Assembly (NCBI GenBank): GCA_963664705.1
Contig: OY761556.1
Span: 6,304,001-6,368,000, forward strand
Length of the DNA: 64,000 bases
Direction: 5' to 3'
Source of the DNA: Acidobacteriota bacterium
GTDB taxonomy: Bacteria > Acidobacteriota > UBA6911
In this document: positions 10,077 through 20,047 of the stretch, in pieces
Position numbering within the stretch: position 1 is the stretch's first letter
How the letters are laid out: each line of letters starts with the position of its first letter
Made by a program: the position numbers and the translations under genes
Notes under the pieces: model-generated
Told to the model about the DNA's origin: nothing
Databases searched by the model: none
What the model saw: the letters and a program-made list of their open reading frames with translations, nothing else

Positions 10077-10252
10077 CCCGTCCTCTGCACCATGGAATTT
10101 ACGAGGCTCTGCTGGACCGTGACCTGAAAGAGGCGCTGGAACGCCATCCCGAGCTTCGATCTGTCCTGGGGAAAATCGATTTCGAAGAGCAGCCGGCGCG
10201 CTATGCCGCTTTTCTTGCTGTGGTCATTGAACGACCCGTTGCGAGATGCTGA
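10073..10252 (+). pseudogene. Truncated N-terminus, probably of a PLD/DEAD-helicase (DUF3427-type) protein
   Basis: ATG overlaps the NUDIX stop; MTRPLHHGIYEALLD...; ORF ends after 59 aa, where the integrase remnant begins. Confidence 0.45.
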
Positions 10253-10254
10253 AA

Positions 10255-10445
10255 TAACGTCAGTACAACAGCTGACATATACACTCACGCCTCCGAGGCC
10301 TTGGAGCGGGAATCTGTTGCTGCCTTGGAACGATCCATTTTCGGAAGCTGTGCGCGATTCGGAACCGCGAACAAGAATTTAGTGAATTCACATTTTGTAA
10401 TGAAAGGTCCCAAGTGCTTCCGACTTGCTCGATTTTAAGTGTTTG
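10255..10445 (+). pseudogene. Remnant of integrase 3' end and downstream arm region
   Basis: Closely matches 58410-58609 (AACGTCAGTAC...GCTCGATTTTAAGTGTTT). Confidence 0.88.
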
Positions 10446-10705
10446 CGCGATTGGACCATGAGTAAATCTCTGCAGTGCCGATAAGATTCAGGAATACAAT
10501 ATGGATCCATACTTTCTCGGACAAGGCCATAACATTCAGATTCTCGAGCCGTATAAACTTACTGGGAACGCCAACGCGCTGCCGGGATAGCGTGGCCGAG
10601 GCCTTTTCTCTGTGGAAACACATGATGGTCTCACATCCGGAGATCAGCGATCAGGTCGAAAGCTGATAGGTTAGATTGCATTCTTACCACGAGTAGAGGG
10701 TCTCA

Positions 10706-11158
10706 ATGCTCAAGTTCCGGTCGGCAGGATGTAAATGGTGGAACAAGCCCCTTGTCCTATTCAAAGGCCGCCCCCTTCCCGCTGAGCTGGCAATTTTGTC
10801 ATTAGAGATGGGTTCCGATGAGTTGGGGGCCTGGCTTAACTCAAGGGGTACTAAATCCGGAGTTGTCGATCTGCTCACTGCAGAGTTGGACAGCTCATAT
10901 CGAACACAAAGAATACAACTTCCTGCTTTTGTCTCAAGCATTCTGGCAAATTTATACGATGTAGCTCAAGTTGCAAAGGGTTGTCCCGATCTCGTGATTT
11001 GGAACCCTCTTGCGTCTGTAGTTCGGCTCGTTGAGGTCAAGTGTCCGCATTGGGACAAACCGAGTGCTGAGCAAGAGCAGTTCTTGTGCACTGCCAAGTC
11101 TGTAGGCGTAAATGCAAAAATTGTGGAGTGGGAATTGAGCATCGGCAAAAGCACTTAG
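10706..11158 (+). CDS. VRR-NUC-like PD-(D/E)xK nuclease domain protein
   Basis: GCPDLVIW...LVEVK...KPSAEQEQF. Confidence 0.7.
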   Translation: MLKFRSAGCKWWNKPLVLFKGRPLPAELAILSLEMGSDELGAWLNSRGTKSGVVDLLTAELDSSYRTQRIQLPAFVSSILANLYDVAQVAKGCPDLVIWNPLASVVRLVEVKCPHWDKPSAEQEQFLCTAKSVGVNAKIVEWELSIGKST

Positions 11159-11199
11159 GCATGCACGACGGCTCGTTACCGGGGGTATGGGAGGATTCA

Positions 11200-11613
11200 A
11201 TGCGGAAGCTCATTGTACTGTCGATTGTCGGCGTCCTTCTTTTAGCAGGCTGCAGTTTAGTTCAGACCGGGTCCAGTTCGGCGGACCAAGAGATCGCGGA
11301 TGCCTTTGCCAATCACCAGAGTGGCGTGCTGGTATCTGGCTCGGGTGTTGTCGATCGAGTCCTCTCGGATGACACGGAAGGTGCGCGTCACCAGCGTTTC
11401 ATCTTGCGTCTTGGGTCTGGCCAGACGCTGCTGATAGCTCACAACATTGATATTGCGCCCCGGGTCAGCGGGTTGTCCGTGGGCGATTTGGTCGAGTTCA
11501 GCGGGCAGTATGAGTGGAATGACAAGGGCGGCGTCGTCCACTGGACGCATCATGATCCCAGCGGCCATCATCAAGCAGGGTGGCTTAAACACGGGAGCGA
11601 AACTTACCAGTAG
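11200..11613 (+). CDS. DUF3465 family lipoprotein
   Basis: GGAGG RBS; LLAGC lipobox; RHQRFIL, LIAHNID, GGVVHWTHHDP. Confidence 0.85.
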   Translation: MRKLIVLSIVGVLLLAGCSLVQTGSSSADQEIADAFANHQSGVLVSGSGVVDRVLSDDTEGARHQRFILRLGSGQTLLIAHNIDIAPRVSGLSVGDLVEFSGQYEWNDKGGVVHWTHHDPSGHHQAGWLKHGSETYQ

Positions 11614-11786
11614 TCGCGGCCTGCAATTGCCTACACTCTTGAAGATGATTAGGCAAGATGAAATAACTCAGGACTTTGGGGGCAACGGCTCTATCTTCTT
11701 TCGAAAATTGGCCTTTGATCGCATTTTGCCACTCTTATCGATCAGGGATTTGTGGAAAGGCTTCGGAAATTGCGTAGTAGTGTCAC

Positions 11787-12119
11787 CTACGCGACCTCTT
11801 TCACTTTTGACGACTTGGACCTTCTCGTTTGGGGTTCAATGGACAGTTTTAATCCCATGGCCTGCAGCAACATCAAGATGCTCTTGATTTCCGGATTGCC
11901 ATTTTTGGAAAGCATTTTGTAAAGGCTTTCCCGGTTCAGCTTGGATTTCCGAGAAAGTGCGGTCATGCCCCCGCGAGCCTCCGCCACATTCCGCAAGGCC
12001 AGAAGGAACAGTTCACGATCGCCTTCTTCTATTGCAGCATTCAAATACGCAGCAGCTTCACGGGGATCCTTAAGAGCTTCAATAAGGTCCTCCTGATAGG
12101 TGGTGATCTTCTTACTCAT
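11787..12119 (-). CDS. Addiction-module antidote (HTH antitoxin)
   Basis: AAAYLNAAIEEGD...ALRNVAEARGGMT...NRESLYKMLS.NGNP. Confidence 0.9.
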   Translation of the reverse strand: MSKKITTYQEDLIEALKDPREAAAYLNAAIEEGDRELFLLALRNVAEARGGMTALSRKSKLNRESLYKMLSKNGNPEIKSILMLLQAMGLKLSIEPQTRRSKSSKVKEVA

Positions 12120-12453
12120 CGCTGCTTCTCCTTTTATAGCCCTGCCAATAAACCTTCGCTTGTGCGATGTCCTTCTTTTGGGATGATTTATCTCCGCCCA
12201 GCAAAAGCAGAACAACTGTTTTCTGCTTCAAACCGTAATACACGCGATATCCTGGTCCATAATCGATCTTCAGTTCATAGACGCCCTCTCCCACAGAACG
12301 ATTTTTGCCGAGATTACCAAGGCGAACCCTGTCGAGCCTGATTCTAATCTTCTGCCGCGCCGTAATGTCCTTGAGGTCGTCCAACCACTCCTTGAACGGC
12401 TTCCCGTCCTTCTCCGTCAGATAATAGGATATCGTGTAGGGGTAATTATCTAC
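12112..12453 (-). CDS. RelE/ParE-family addiction-module toxin; start codon uncertain
   Basis: PFKEWLDDL...RIRLDRVRLGNLG..SVGEGVYELKIDYGPGYRVY..LLLGGDKSSQ. Confidence 0.85.
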   Translation of the reverse strand, partial: VDNYPYTISYYLTEKDGKPFKEWLDDLKDITARQKIRIRLDRVRLGNLGKNRSVGEGVYELKIDYGPGYRVYYGLKQKTVVLLLLGGDKSSQKKDIAQAKVYWQGYKRRSSDE

Positions 12454-12460
12454 GAGCCTA

Positions 12461-12482
12461 TTTGTAGCATAAAAGCTACAAA
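12461..12482. promoter_or_regulatory. Probable TA operator palindrome TTTGTAGC-N6-GCTACAAA
   Basis: Perfect 8-bp inverted repeat directly upstream of the toxin. Confidence 0.6.
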
Positions 12483-12670
12483 TAGGCAGCAGTCTTTGGA
12501 ATGGCTGCAAGACTCAGAAATCCAAGGCGCACCTTCTGGCTGCACGCGGTGTTTTCGCTGGATAGCCAAACGAAGGGGTTCAACTGATAACAAATGTAAA
12601 AGTGTGGACAGATTGTCTCACTGGAGGGGTTCACCCCATACCTATGTGTCCGGGATGGACCAATGTGATT

Positions 12671-12716
12671 TGGTAGCGACGGGTGGAATCGAACCACCGA
12701 CCTTGGGGTTATGAAT
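12671..12716 (-). repeat. att core, left: 3' half of tRNA-Met(CAT)
   Basis: Minus strand ATTCATAACCCCAAGGTCGGTGGTTCGATTCCACCCGTCGCTACCA (anticodon loop, T-arm, CCA); identical to 58634-58679. Confidence 0.93.
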
Positions 12717-12799
12717 TTGGGTTTAAAATGCCCCGTCCTTCTTTCTCAATGATTTACGGGCACTTACGTATACGGTTTTCCCCCCTGTTCTGGGATATT

Positions 12800-12819
12800 C
12801 TGTTCGCGATCTGTTCGCG
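12800..12819 (+). repeat. Putative integrase arm-type sites, left
   Basis: CTGTTCGCGAT-CTGTTCGCG, same as 58502-58523. Confidence 0.75.
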
Positions 12820-13372
12820 GTCCCGTTCCCAAGATGCAAATGGATTTCAATGAAGATATTTTCTCGGTAATCGTGAATCAAGTCCTCGATACTTCTTAGC
12901 ATAAGTTTCAAGTGAATTAGCACTGAGAACTAAGGTCCACCAACTCAGATATATCTTAGGTAAATCGCTAAGAATGGATTTTTTGATAACAAAATTCCAT
13001 AGCAAAGCAATTATTCTTTACCAACTTTGGTCCGTTTGACTCTGGGCTACCTTGTTCATTATCCACGTTAAAAGGATATCGCTGCTACTCTAGGCCCAGG
13101 CTTGGTAGAATTCCCACCCTCGAGCACATGCGGGATTTATATTCCCTAGGATAGGATCTGAGTTGAAAACGAGCGTGCCCAATGGCTTAAAGGCCACCTC
13201 GCTCGGAGAATATACCTACGAAAACTTGTGATATAGTAAGCGCCCGTGACTGAACGCACACCCAAAACACTTGAGTTGACATACTACAAGCTGCAAAGGA
13301 GAATCCATTTTGAAAATTGGTTTTCTGTTTCTTCCAATCGGCTGAATATGCCAAATATCTAGAGGAGCATGG

Positions 13373-14524
13373 ATGATGAGAAGAATGTTATTGGCGGTGT
13401 TCTTCACGTTCCTTCTATTTGCTGGTCTGTTTGGCTGCCGCCGAATGCAAAAACAACCTAGCATTCAGATCGGAGCGATCCTCAGCCTCACAGGCCGTGG
13501 CAGCCAGTATGGAAAAGCCTCACTTCAGGGCATTCAAGTGGCGGTGGATGAGATGAATAAAGCCGGAGGCGTTCACGGTCACAAGATAGAACTTATTGTC
13601 GAGAATTCCCTGTCCGAAGCAAAGAACGCAGTCGCCTCCTACCAAAAACTCCTTGATGTGGACAAGGTCTGCGCAGTTATAGGTCCTATACTGAGTGACG
13701 AGGTCCTTGCGGTCGCCCCTGAAGCCAACCGGCGAAAAGTCCTGATTATCGCGCCGGCTGCGGGCACCGACAAGATCGCAACGGCAGGTCCATGGGTATT
13801 CAGAAATCGCGAGAGCGCCAATCTTCAGTCTGTAGAGATTGCGGACTTTCTTTTAAAAAAGCAACAACCGCTCCGCCTTGGCATTCTCTTTTCCATGACT
13901 GCTAACGCCATTTCCTATAAGGACGCTCTGTTGGAGGCCCTTGGTGCAAGGAAGAACATGGTGATGGTCCAGGAATCCTTTGCTGAGGGGCAGACCGACT
14001 TTAAGACTATTCTTGCAAAGCTTAAAAAAGCCAACCCAACTCATGTTTTTGTCGCAGGCCTTGCCCCGGAAATTGCGCGAGTGTTAGTACAAGCCGGGGA
14101 GACCCGCCTCGATACAAAATGGCTTTCTACTGCGGGCGCCCACGATCAGAAACTCCTAGAAATTGCAGGTGCATCAGCTGAAGGACTGGTCTTCGGCTTG
14201 CCCGTTCTTAATGCAGCAGATCCTGCTTCTCCTGCGGGGAAATTAGATTCTGAATTGAAGCGACGATTCAAGTCTAGCCTTGACATGTTTTCAGCCAACG
14301 CATATGACGCGGTCCACCTCCTTGCCCGGGCCGCCACATTGTCAGGATCCGAACCAGACCAGATTCGCAAGGGCCTACTACAGATCAAAAATTTCCCTGG
14401 TGCTGGAGGCAATACGACCTTCATCACTCCTGGAACAGTCATTAAACCAATTACATTAATGCAAGTTCGCAACGGGGTGTTCGCGCCCTACTTTGTCGAA
14501 ACAAAAATGCCTCGACTGAAATAA
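13373..14524 (+). CDS. LivK/LivJ-like ABC substrate-binding lipoprotein
   Basis: IGAILSLTG, AVDEMNKAGGVHG, AVIGP, TDFKTILAKL, ANAYDAV; N-terminal hydrophobic segment ending LFGC. Confidence 0.88.
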   Translation: MMRRMLLAVFFTFLLFAGLFGCRRMQKQPSIQIGAILSLTGRGSQYGKASLQGIQVAVDEMNKAGGVHGHKIELIVENSLSEAKNAVASYQKLLDVDKVCAVIGPILSDEVLAVAPEANRRKVLIIAPAAGTDKIATAGPWVFRNRESANLQSVEIADFLLKKQQPLRLGILFSMTANAISYKDALLEALGARKNMVMVQESFAEGQTDFKTILAKLKKANPTHVFVAGLAPEIARVLVQAGETRLDTKWLSTAGAHDQKLLEIAGASAEGLVFGLPVLNAADPASPAGKLDSELKRRFKSSLDMFSANAYDAVHLLARAATLSGSEPDQIRKGLLQIKNFPGAGGNTTFITPGTVIKPITLMQVRNGVFAPYFVETKMPRLK

Positions 14525-14535
14525 AGGTTCGCCTA

Positions 14536-16821
14536 ATGCCCAATAATCCACCAGAACTCGAAGCCTTTCGTCTCGCATGCTGGAACCAGGTCGAACGTTT
14601 TCCTCTCTTAGTGCCTCCGAATGAGCAAATCGAAGCAGTGTCAAAGGATCCCAGAACGCTCCGTGCTCAAGTGGCGCGATTACAGAGCTTCCTTCAAGAA
14701 TCAGCGAGCGAGCTGTTATACAAAACAACGTCATCCATTCAAGCCTTCATGCAACAGCGCATCCCTGGATTTGGCCTTAATGTTGGCTTAGTCTCTACAA
14801 TGCAGATGGCCGGCCCAGCCGTATCAGACCGAGGAATACCTGTATATCAATTCCTTATTGGTGCGGACGATATGTGGAACGCATACTTATCACACAAGTG
14901 TGATGGTGCTGTTCCGTTGGATAGGATTAAGGGCAAACTCGCCGACGGGGTTGCATTGCCCCAACGCCTATTTGGACACAGAAACGCGACAGGAGCGCTC
15001 TTGTCGCCAAACCCACCAGCGGAAATAGATCCCCAAAGACGTGTGGCTATTCCGTATGAACACTCAGCCGGAGGTATCGCCGGCACGGGAAATAAGTTCG
15101 TGTCCTCCTATCCTTGGGCACTTGTATCACCTCTTTCCTTTCCAATGCTATACGCATTAATCCCACGTAATAACACCCCGCTTGGGTTTCTGCAGATGCA
15201 CATCGAACTCCCCGGCATTCCTGATTCGGACAAGTACGCAGGTCACGAACAGGCATGGCTTCGCATCTACAATCCATCAGCCGCTTGGGCTATAGACATG
15301 GCTGCTTTCTTGGCCGCCTTCTGCAATATTCTCTTGGCGCCGGTGCTTGACAGAACAATTTTGCTTCGTGACCACGCAATGCACTCAATCGAAACACGAT
15401 TTTGTTTTCCAGATGACTTTCGAGAAGCCGTCCACCTTCGGGACGAAGATGTACCATGGAATCCCGATACGTACGGTGGTTCAAAATGGGTTCAACAGAT
15501 CGCCCATCTGCACAGTCTCTGGCGAGAACCGACCTTTCCGCCCGCCGAATTGGCCAAGAACCTGATTGACCTTTTCTGGTCGGAGGATACATGGCGTGGC
15601 CTTCCTCCCTTTGACAAACGCAGTGAAGCCGAAAAACTCCTCTTTTGGAGTGAGAAATACAGGGACCACCTCGTACACATTTTGAAAGTATTTCTCATTG
15701 GGGAGAGAATTATTCGAGAGATACACCATGGCAGCGTCTATGCGCGCTCTGTAATTGATAATACTCAACTCTGCGACGACGTGACAACACCGCTCGAAGC
15801 TTTTGAGTTTCAATGGATGCTTGCAGCGACAGTACACGACTATTCACTGCCGTATGAACTTCTTCCAGGTCTGCAAAAATCGTACTGGCGCGAATTCGTG
15901 ATTCCGGGAGACTCTAACGGGGACACTGAAGAGGATCCTGCAACACGCGATCTGGAGGCGATGCAGTTTGGTCTCACGCTTGCCGATAGAGTTCTCCGAC
16001 AGCATCTGGTTGTTAGCCTCTGGCAGTTGCTGCATTCAGAGGTAACGCCGCAAGGGCAGGAGTCATATCCTGCATATTGCCACCTTCATACATTGGGAAA
16101 GTCCGGAAAGAATATTGGCTATCCCAGGTTCTTGAGTTACTTTCTGGAGAATGGCGATCATGGCATTGCGAGTGCACTTTGGTTTTTACATCTCACAATG
16201 CTTGATAAAAAGGATGACGGCACGATTATCGGGCTTCATTCGCCAAACGGGCAAGAAACAGAAGCACGTTGCAGACAGTCAATCGCAGTTGCCAGGGCGT
16301 GCTATTTCCATAACCTTGCGACAAAGCGAGTTAAGAATGATGACAACGGGGCTGGCGAACCGATATTTGCGGGCAACCTCTTTGGCCCATTCGAAAAGGA
16401 TCCTTTGGCCTATCTTCTTCTTCTTTGCGATTTTCTCCAGGATGAAGGTCGAGACGAGAGTACCGCGCAACAATCGGATTCCACAAACGGATGGGGTAAG
16501 CGTCCATTTGGTCACGTAACGAAGGTCGAATGGTGCGACGGCTTTCTAGAAATTTATGTCGAATACGTATGGGTTCAGCGTGCGAAAAACGGGAAACCTC
16601 CTAAGAGGGTAATTTTCGGCGAGGACGGCTGCCAGAAGAAGGAAGGTGTGAAGTGCCATCGTCGTCAACAGACCGAATCGAAGAAACCAAATTGCTGGTT
16701 TCATGACTGCAAGGAGCGTGCCGAAATTGCCAAGGCTTTCGACCTTCTTGCTGCACGTCTTGCCGGCTTGCCTGTCAAAATTTACCTTGCCCATGAGAAG
16801 AAAGGGGCAATTGAACTGTGA
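14536..16821 (+). CDS. Large hypothetical protein with HD-superfamily phosphohydrolase-like domain
   Basis: Ordered motifs RDHLVH, ATVHD, DHGIASA, FHN, LLLCDFLQDEGR; unassigned ~350-aa N-terminus; Cys-rich tail. Confidence 0.65.
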   Translation: MPNNPPELEAFRLACWNQVERFPLLVPPNEQIEAVSKDPRTLRAQVARLQSFLQESASELLYKTTSSIQAFMQQRIPGFGLNVGLVSTMQMAGPAVSDRGIPVYQFLIGADDMWNAYLSHKCDGAVPLDRIKGKLADGVALPQRLFGHRNATGALLSPNPPAEIDPQRRVAIPYEHSAGGIAGTGNKFVSSYPWALVSPLSFPMLYALIPRNNTPLGFLQMHIELPGIPDSDKYAGHEQAWLRIYNPSAAWAIDMAAFLAAFCNILLAPVLDRTILLRDHAMHSIETRFCFPDDFREAVHLRDEDVPWNPDTYGGSKWVQQIAHLHSLWREPTFPPAELAKNLIDLFWSEDTWRGLPPFDKRSEAEKLLFWSEKYRDHLVHILKVFLIGERIIREIHHGSVYARSVIDNTQLCDDVTTPLEAFEFQWMLAATVHDYSLPYELLPGLQKSYWREFVIPGDSNGDTEEDPATRDLEAMQFGLTLADRVLRQHLVVSLWQLLHSEVTPQGQESYPAYCHLHTLGKSGKNIGYPRFLSYFLENGDHGIASALWFLHLTMLDKKDDGTIIGLHSPNGQETEARCRQSIAVARACYFHNLATKRVKNDDNGAGEPIFAGNLFGPFEKDPLAYLLLLCDFLQDEGRDESTAQQSDSTNGWGKRPFGHVTKVEWCDGFLEIYVEYVWVQRAKNGKPPKRVIFGEDGCQKKEGVKCHRRQQTESKKPNCWFHDCKERAEIAKAFDLLAARLAGLPVKIYLAHEKKGAIEL

Positions 16822-18251
16822 GTAATGCTGAAATGAGAGGAATTGCGCTTGTTGAACCATCGAGTGGCCTCGGCGGCTGCTATACCTTCGCTGGCCACAA
16901 TGAATTTGAGCCACTGGGTCTTGAATATGTTGCGGCTTCTTTAAGAGCGGCAGGTCGCAAAGTATCAATACTCCGCCAAGGGACTGATAGTCCAGAGGAG
17001 ATCGCGTCGAAATTGCTAAACCTGAACCCTAGCGCGATTGGGCTATCAGTAATGACACACGCCGCAGAGTCGGCGTTTTCCATTGCTGCAATGATTAAGC
17101 AAAGCGACTCCACGATCCCTATAATTGCGGGTGGCTATCATCCTTCAGGAGACTCGGAATTTGCTCTGTTAACAGGTATTGACTACGTCGTTGCCGGCGA
17201 AGGAGAGCAGACTTTTAGGCACCTCCTCGATACTCTGGACGCATCAAGAGACCCAAGCTCCGTTCCTGGTCTGCGATTCTCGCGTGCCGGAGCAATTGTT
17301 GATACCGGATCCGCACCTCGCATCGCGGACCTTGATAAGATCCCCTTCCCCGTGCGATCAGAGGAGGTCCTCACAAATGCACGAATGCACGGCCTCATGT
17401 CTCCGCCTCCGAGTCAGCAACGAGCAGTCGCCGTCGTCTTGGGGAGTCGTGGATGCCCCCATGCCTGCACGTTCTGCTGTAGTCCCTCATTATGGGGAAG
17501 GCAAGTATACTTCCGCTCGGCACCGAATGTACTTGCAGAGATAGACGACCTTGTCCAACGGTTCCAAACAAATGCACTTTTCTTTTCTGACCTAACATTC
17601 AACGTAAACAATCGGCACCTTCAGAACCTCTGTAACCATCTGGCAGCCTATAAGGCTATGCCGCGTTGGTATTCAATGTGTACGACAACAGGCCTGGATA
17701 TTGAGACATTGCGGATTATGTGCGCCGGCGGTTGCAGCAAGATAGGATTCGGCGTTGAGTCGCTGTCGGAAGATTCTCTGCATAACATCGGTAAAGGCAA
17801 AATGTCTATCAACGGCGAACTGGAGGCAACATTAGCCGCTTGCGATTCGCTAGGCATTCTTACAAAAGGCTACCTGATAATCGGATATCCGTGGGAAACG
17901 GAGTCATCACTAGAACAATTCAAGAAATCTATTTTGTGCTTTCCCATGGATGAAATTCGTATTTCATTTTTTACCCCTTTCCCCGGAAGTATGGCTTTTG
18001 AGCAATATCGTAACAGCTTGATTACTAAGGATTGGTCGAAGTTCAATGCCATTCGGGACATTGTCGTACGTAACGAAAACAACGTGACCCCCGAAAGGTT
18101 GAAGGCGTTCAGACAAGAGGCGTTTCGTGCCTTCTATGGATCTTCTGCCTACCAGGTCCGTGTTCGAGCCAAGATCCAACGTCATCCCGAATTGGGCGCT
18201 TCCTTCGAGGAGTTCTTTGCCTTTCTGAAGGCAGGAGGGGTACTGTCCTAG
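16818..18251 (+). CDS. Cobalamin-binding radical SAM enzyme
   Basis: EPLGLEYVAASL, GGYHPS, GEGEQT, SRGCPHACTFC (CxxxCxxC), FGVES, IGYPWET, TPFPGS. Confidence 0.92.
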   Translation: MSNAEMRGIALVEPSSGLGGCYTFAGHNEFEPLGLEYVAASLRAAGRKVSILRQGTDSPEEIASKLLNLNPSAIGLSVMTHAAESAFSIAAMIKQSDSTIPIIAGGYHPSGDSEFALLTGIDYVVAGEGEQTFRHLLDTLDASRDPSSVPGLRFSRAGAIVDTGSAPRIADLDKIPFPVRSEEVLTNARMHGLMSPPPSQQRAVAVVLGSRGCPHACTFCCSPSLWGRQVYFRSAPNVLAEIDDLVQRFQTNALFFSDLTFNVNNRHLQNLCNHLAAYKAMPRWYSMCTTTGLDIETLRIMCAGGCSKIGFGVESLSEDSLHNIGKGKMSINGELEATLAACDSLGILTKGYLIIGYPWETESSLEQFKKSILCFPMDEIRISFFTPFPGSMAFEQYRNSLITKDWSKFNAIRDIVVRNENNVTPERLKAFRQEAFRAFYGSSAYQVRVRAKIQRHPELGASFEEFFAFLKAGGVLS

Positions 18252-18276
18252 TCTCCTAATCCTGTGTGGAGGCCAA

Positions 18277-19152
18277 GTGTTACAGGTTTTAGCTAACGGT
18301 TGTGCAGCTGGCGCCCGCATACTCCTTGTTGCGGTCGGTTTCTATTTGATCTTCCGCGTTGCCCGCTTTATTCACCTTGCGCATGCTTTCTTCATCACGG
18401 CCGGCGCATACCTTGCTTATACACTTCATAGGCAGGCCGGTTTGTCCTTTCTGCCTGCAATTTTCTTGGCAGTTGTTGCCTGCGGCGTCCTAGGCGGGGT
18501 CGTCGAGGCTATCATCTACAGACCTTCAAGAAAAACGGCCTCATCGCTGGTCTTGTTATTATTATCTTTGGGCCTGTACATTGCTGGTCAAAACATTGTA
18601 TCGCTTCTCTTTGGGGATGCGCCACTTGTTATCAGGCAATGGGAACCACCCACAACGTACACAATGGGCTCTGTCACGGTCACACTAAGCCAGGTCAGCA
18701 CCATCCTGGTCGCAATTGTCCTTGCATTTTGTCTAGGGGTGTTTATTCAGAAAACACGTACTGGCCGCACGCTTAAGGCGGTTGGCTCTAACATGTCATT
18801 GGCGCAGGTTTCAGGAATCCGTGTGGAGGCCACGGTCCTACTTGCTTTTGTTATCGGTTCTGCTTTTGCTGCAACCGCTGGTATTCTCGCATGCCTTGAA
18901 GTAGATGCTACACCGTCAATGGGGCTGAGCATGTTGATGCTCAGTCTGGTTGCGGTGATTGCCGGTTGGCCGCGAGGTCTCCTTGGTATTTCGGCAGTCT
19001 CGCTGATTTTGGGTGTTCTACAACACATTGTCGCGTATTACTGCGGCTCACAGTGGCAAGATACTATTGCTTTTGCGTTTCTAACAGTGGTGTTTCTTCT
19101 TCGGGGAAGGCGTGAAAGCGCGATCTTCGGGGTTGCAGCGGCAAGCAGGTGA
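18277..19152 (+). CDS. LivH-like ABC permease
   Basis: Multiple TM segments; AVGFYLIF...HLAH; TRTGRTLKAV. Confidence 0.88.
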   Translation: MLQVLANGCAAGARILLVAVGFYLIFRVARFIHLAHAFFITAGAYLAYTLHRQAGLSFLPAIFLAVVACGVLGGVVEAIIYRPSRKTASSLVLLLLSLGLYIAGQNIVSLLFGDAPLVIRQWEPPTTYTMGSVTVTLSQVSTILVAIVLAFCLGVFIQKTRTGRTLKAVGSNMSLAQVSGIRVEATVLLAFVIGSAFAATAGILACLEVDATPSMGLSMLMLSLVAVIAGWPRGLLGISAVSLILGVLQHIVAYYCGSQWQDTIAFAFLTVVFLLRGRRESAIFGVAAASR

Positions 19153-19159
19153 AATTCAA

Positions 19160-20047
19160 ATGGATTACATCCTTCATATCGTAGTGTTCATTTTTCTGTA
19201 TTGGGCACTTGCTACGTCTCTCAATCTGGTTGTTGGCTATACTGGTATTCTTTCCATTGGTCACGCTGCATTCTATGGTGTCGGTGCCTATACTGCTGCG
19301 CTTATGTCTCTGCACCTCAAGACTTCGTTTCTGATCAACTTGCTTTGTGCGGCATTGGTGTGTTCCATACTCGGAGTCTTTATTGGCAGGCCTACTCTCA
19401 GATTAAGCAACAATAATTTCGTTGTCGCTTCATTCGCTTTTCAAATCATTACGTTTAACATTCTTAATAACTGGATGCCCGTAACCGGGGGGGCCATTGG
19501 CCTCCCCGGAATTCCTCTTCCATCAATACTTGAACTGACGATTACCTCCCGGTTGGGCTTTGCAGCGCTGTCCGGTATCTTTGCCTTTATTGTATGGTGC
19601 TTTGTGGTATTCCTGGTTCGGTCGCCCATAGGTCGAATCCTACAGGCAACACGCGAAGACGAAGTGTTTGCGGCAGCAATGGGCAAGAATGTTGCCCGGT
19701 ATAAACTACTTGCCTTCGTGATTGGTGCAGTGATTGCCGGCTGTGCTGGCGTTATCTATGCTTATTTTATCAGATACATCGATCCGAGCAGTTTTACACT
19801 GATGGAATCCATCTTCATCCTATCGATGGTGGTCTTAGGCGGAGCCGGCAGCATTTGTGGGCCCATTATAGGAGCAACCATTTTTGTAATAATGCCGGAG
19901 ATCTTGCGGTTTGTGGGGCTGCCCAACGCTGTGGCAGCCAATCTGCGGCAGACACTCTATGGCATCATTCTAGTGACATTTATACTCATCCGTCCACATG
20001 GAATCATGGGGCGATATGGATTTGGAAAGGAGCGCCTGGGTCGATGA
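19160..20047 (+). CDS. LivM-like ABC permease
   Basis: SLNLVVGYTGILSIGHAAFYGVGAY; TGGAIGL; MVVLGGAGS. Confidence 0.9.
   Translation: MDYILHIVVFIFLYWALATSLNLVVGYTGILSIGHAAFYGVGAYTAALMSLHLKTSFLINLLCAALVCSILGVFIGRPTLRLSNNNFVVASFAFQIITFNILNNWMPVTGGAIGLPGIPLPSILELTITSRLGFAALSGIFAFIVWCFVVFLVRSPIGRILQATREDEVFAAAMGKNVARYKLLAFVIGAVIAGCAGVIYAYFIRYIDPSSFTLMESIFILSMVVLGGAGSICGPIIGATIFVIMPEILRFVGLPNAVAANLRQTLYGIILVTFILIRPHGIMGRYGFGKERLGR

Noticed and set aside
10475-10666. 63-aa ORF as a real gene
   Set aside because: No motif or clear RBS; it sits in rearranged debris next to the integrase remnant.
12671-12716. Functional tRNA-Met gene (also at 58634-58701)
   Set aside because: Only the anticodon loop to CCA is present; neither copy has an intact D-arm or 5' acceptor strand.
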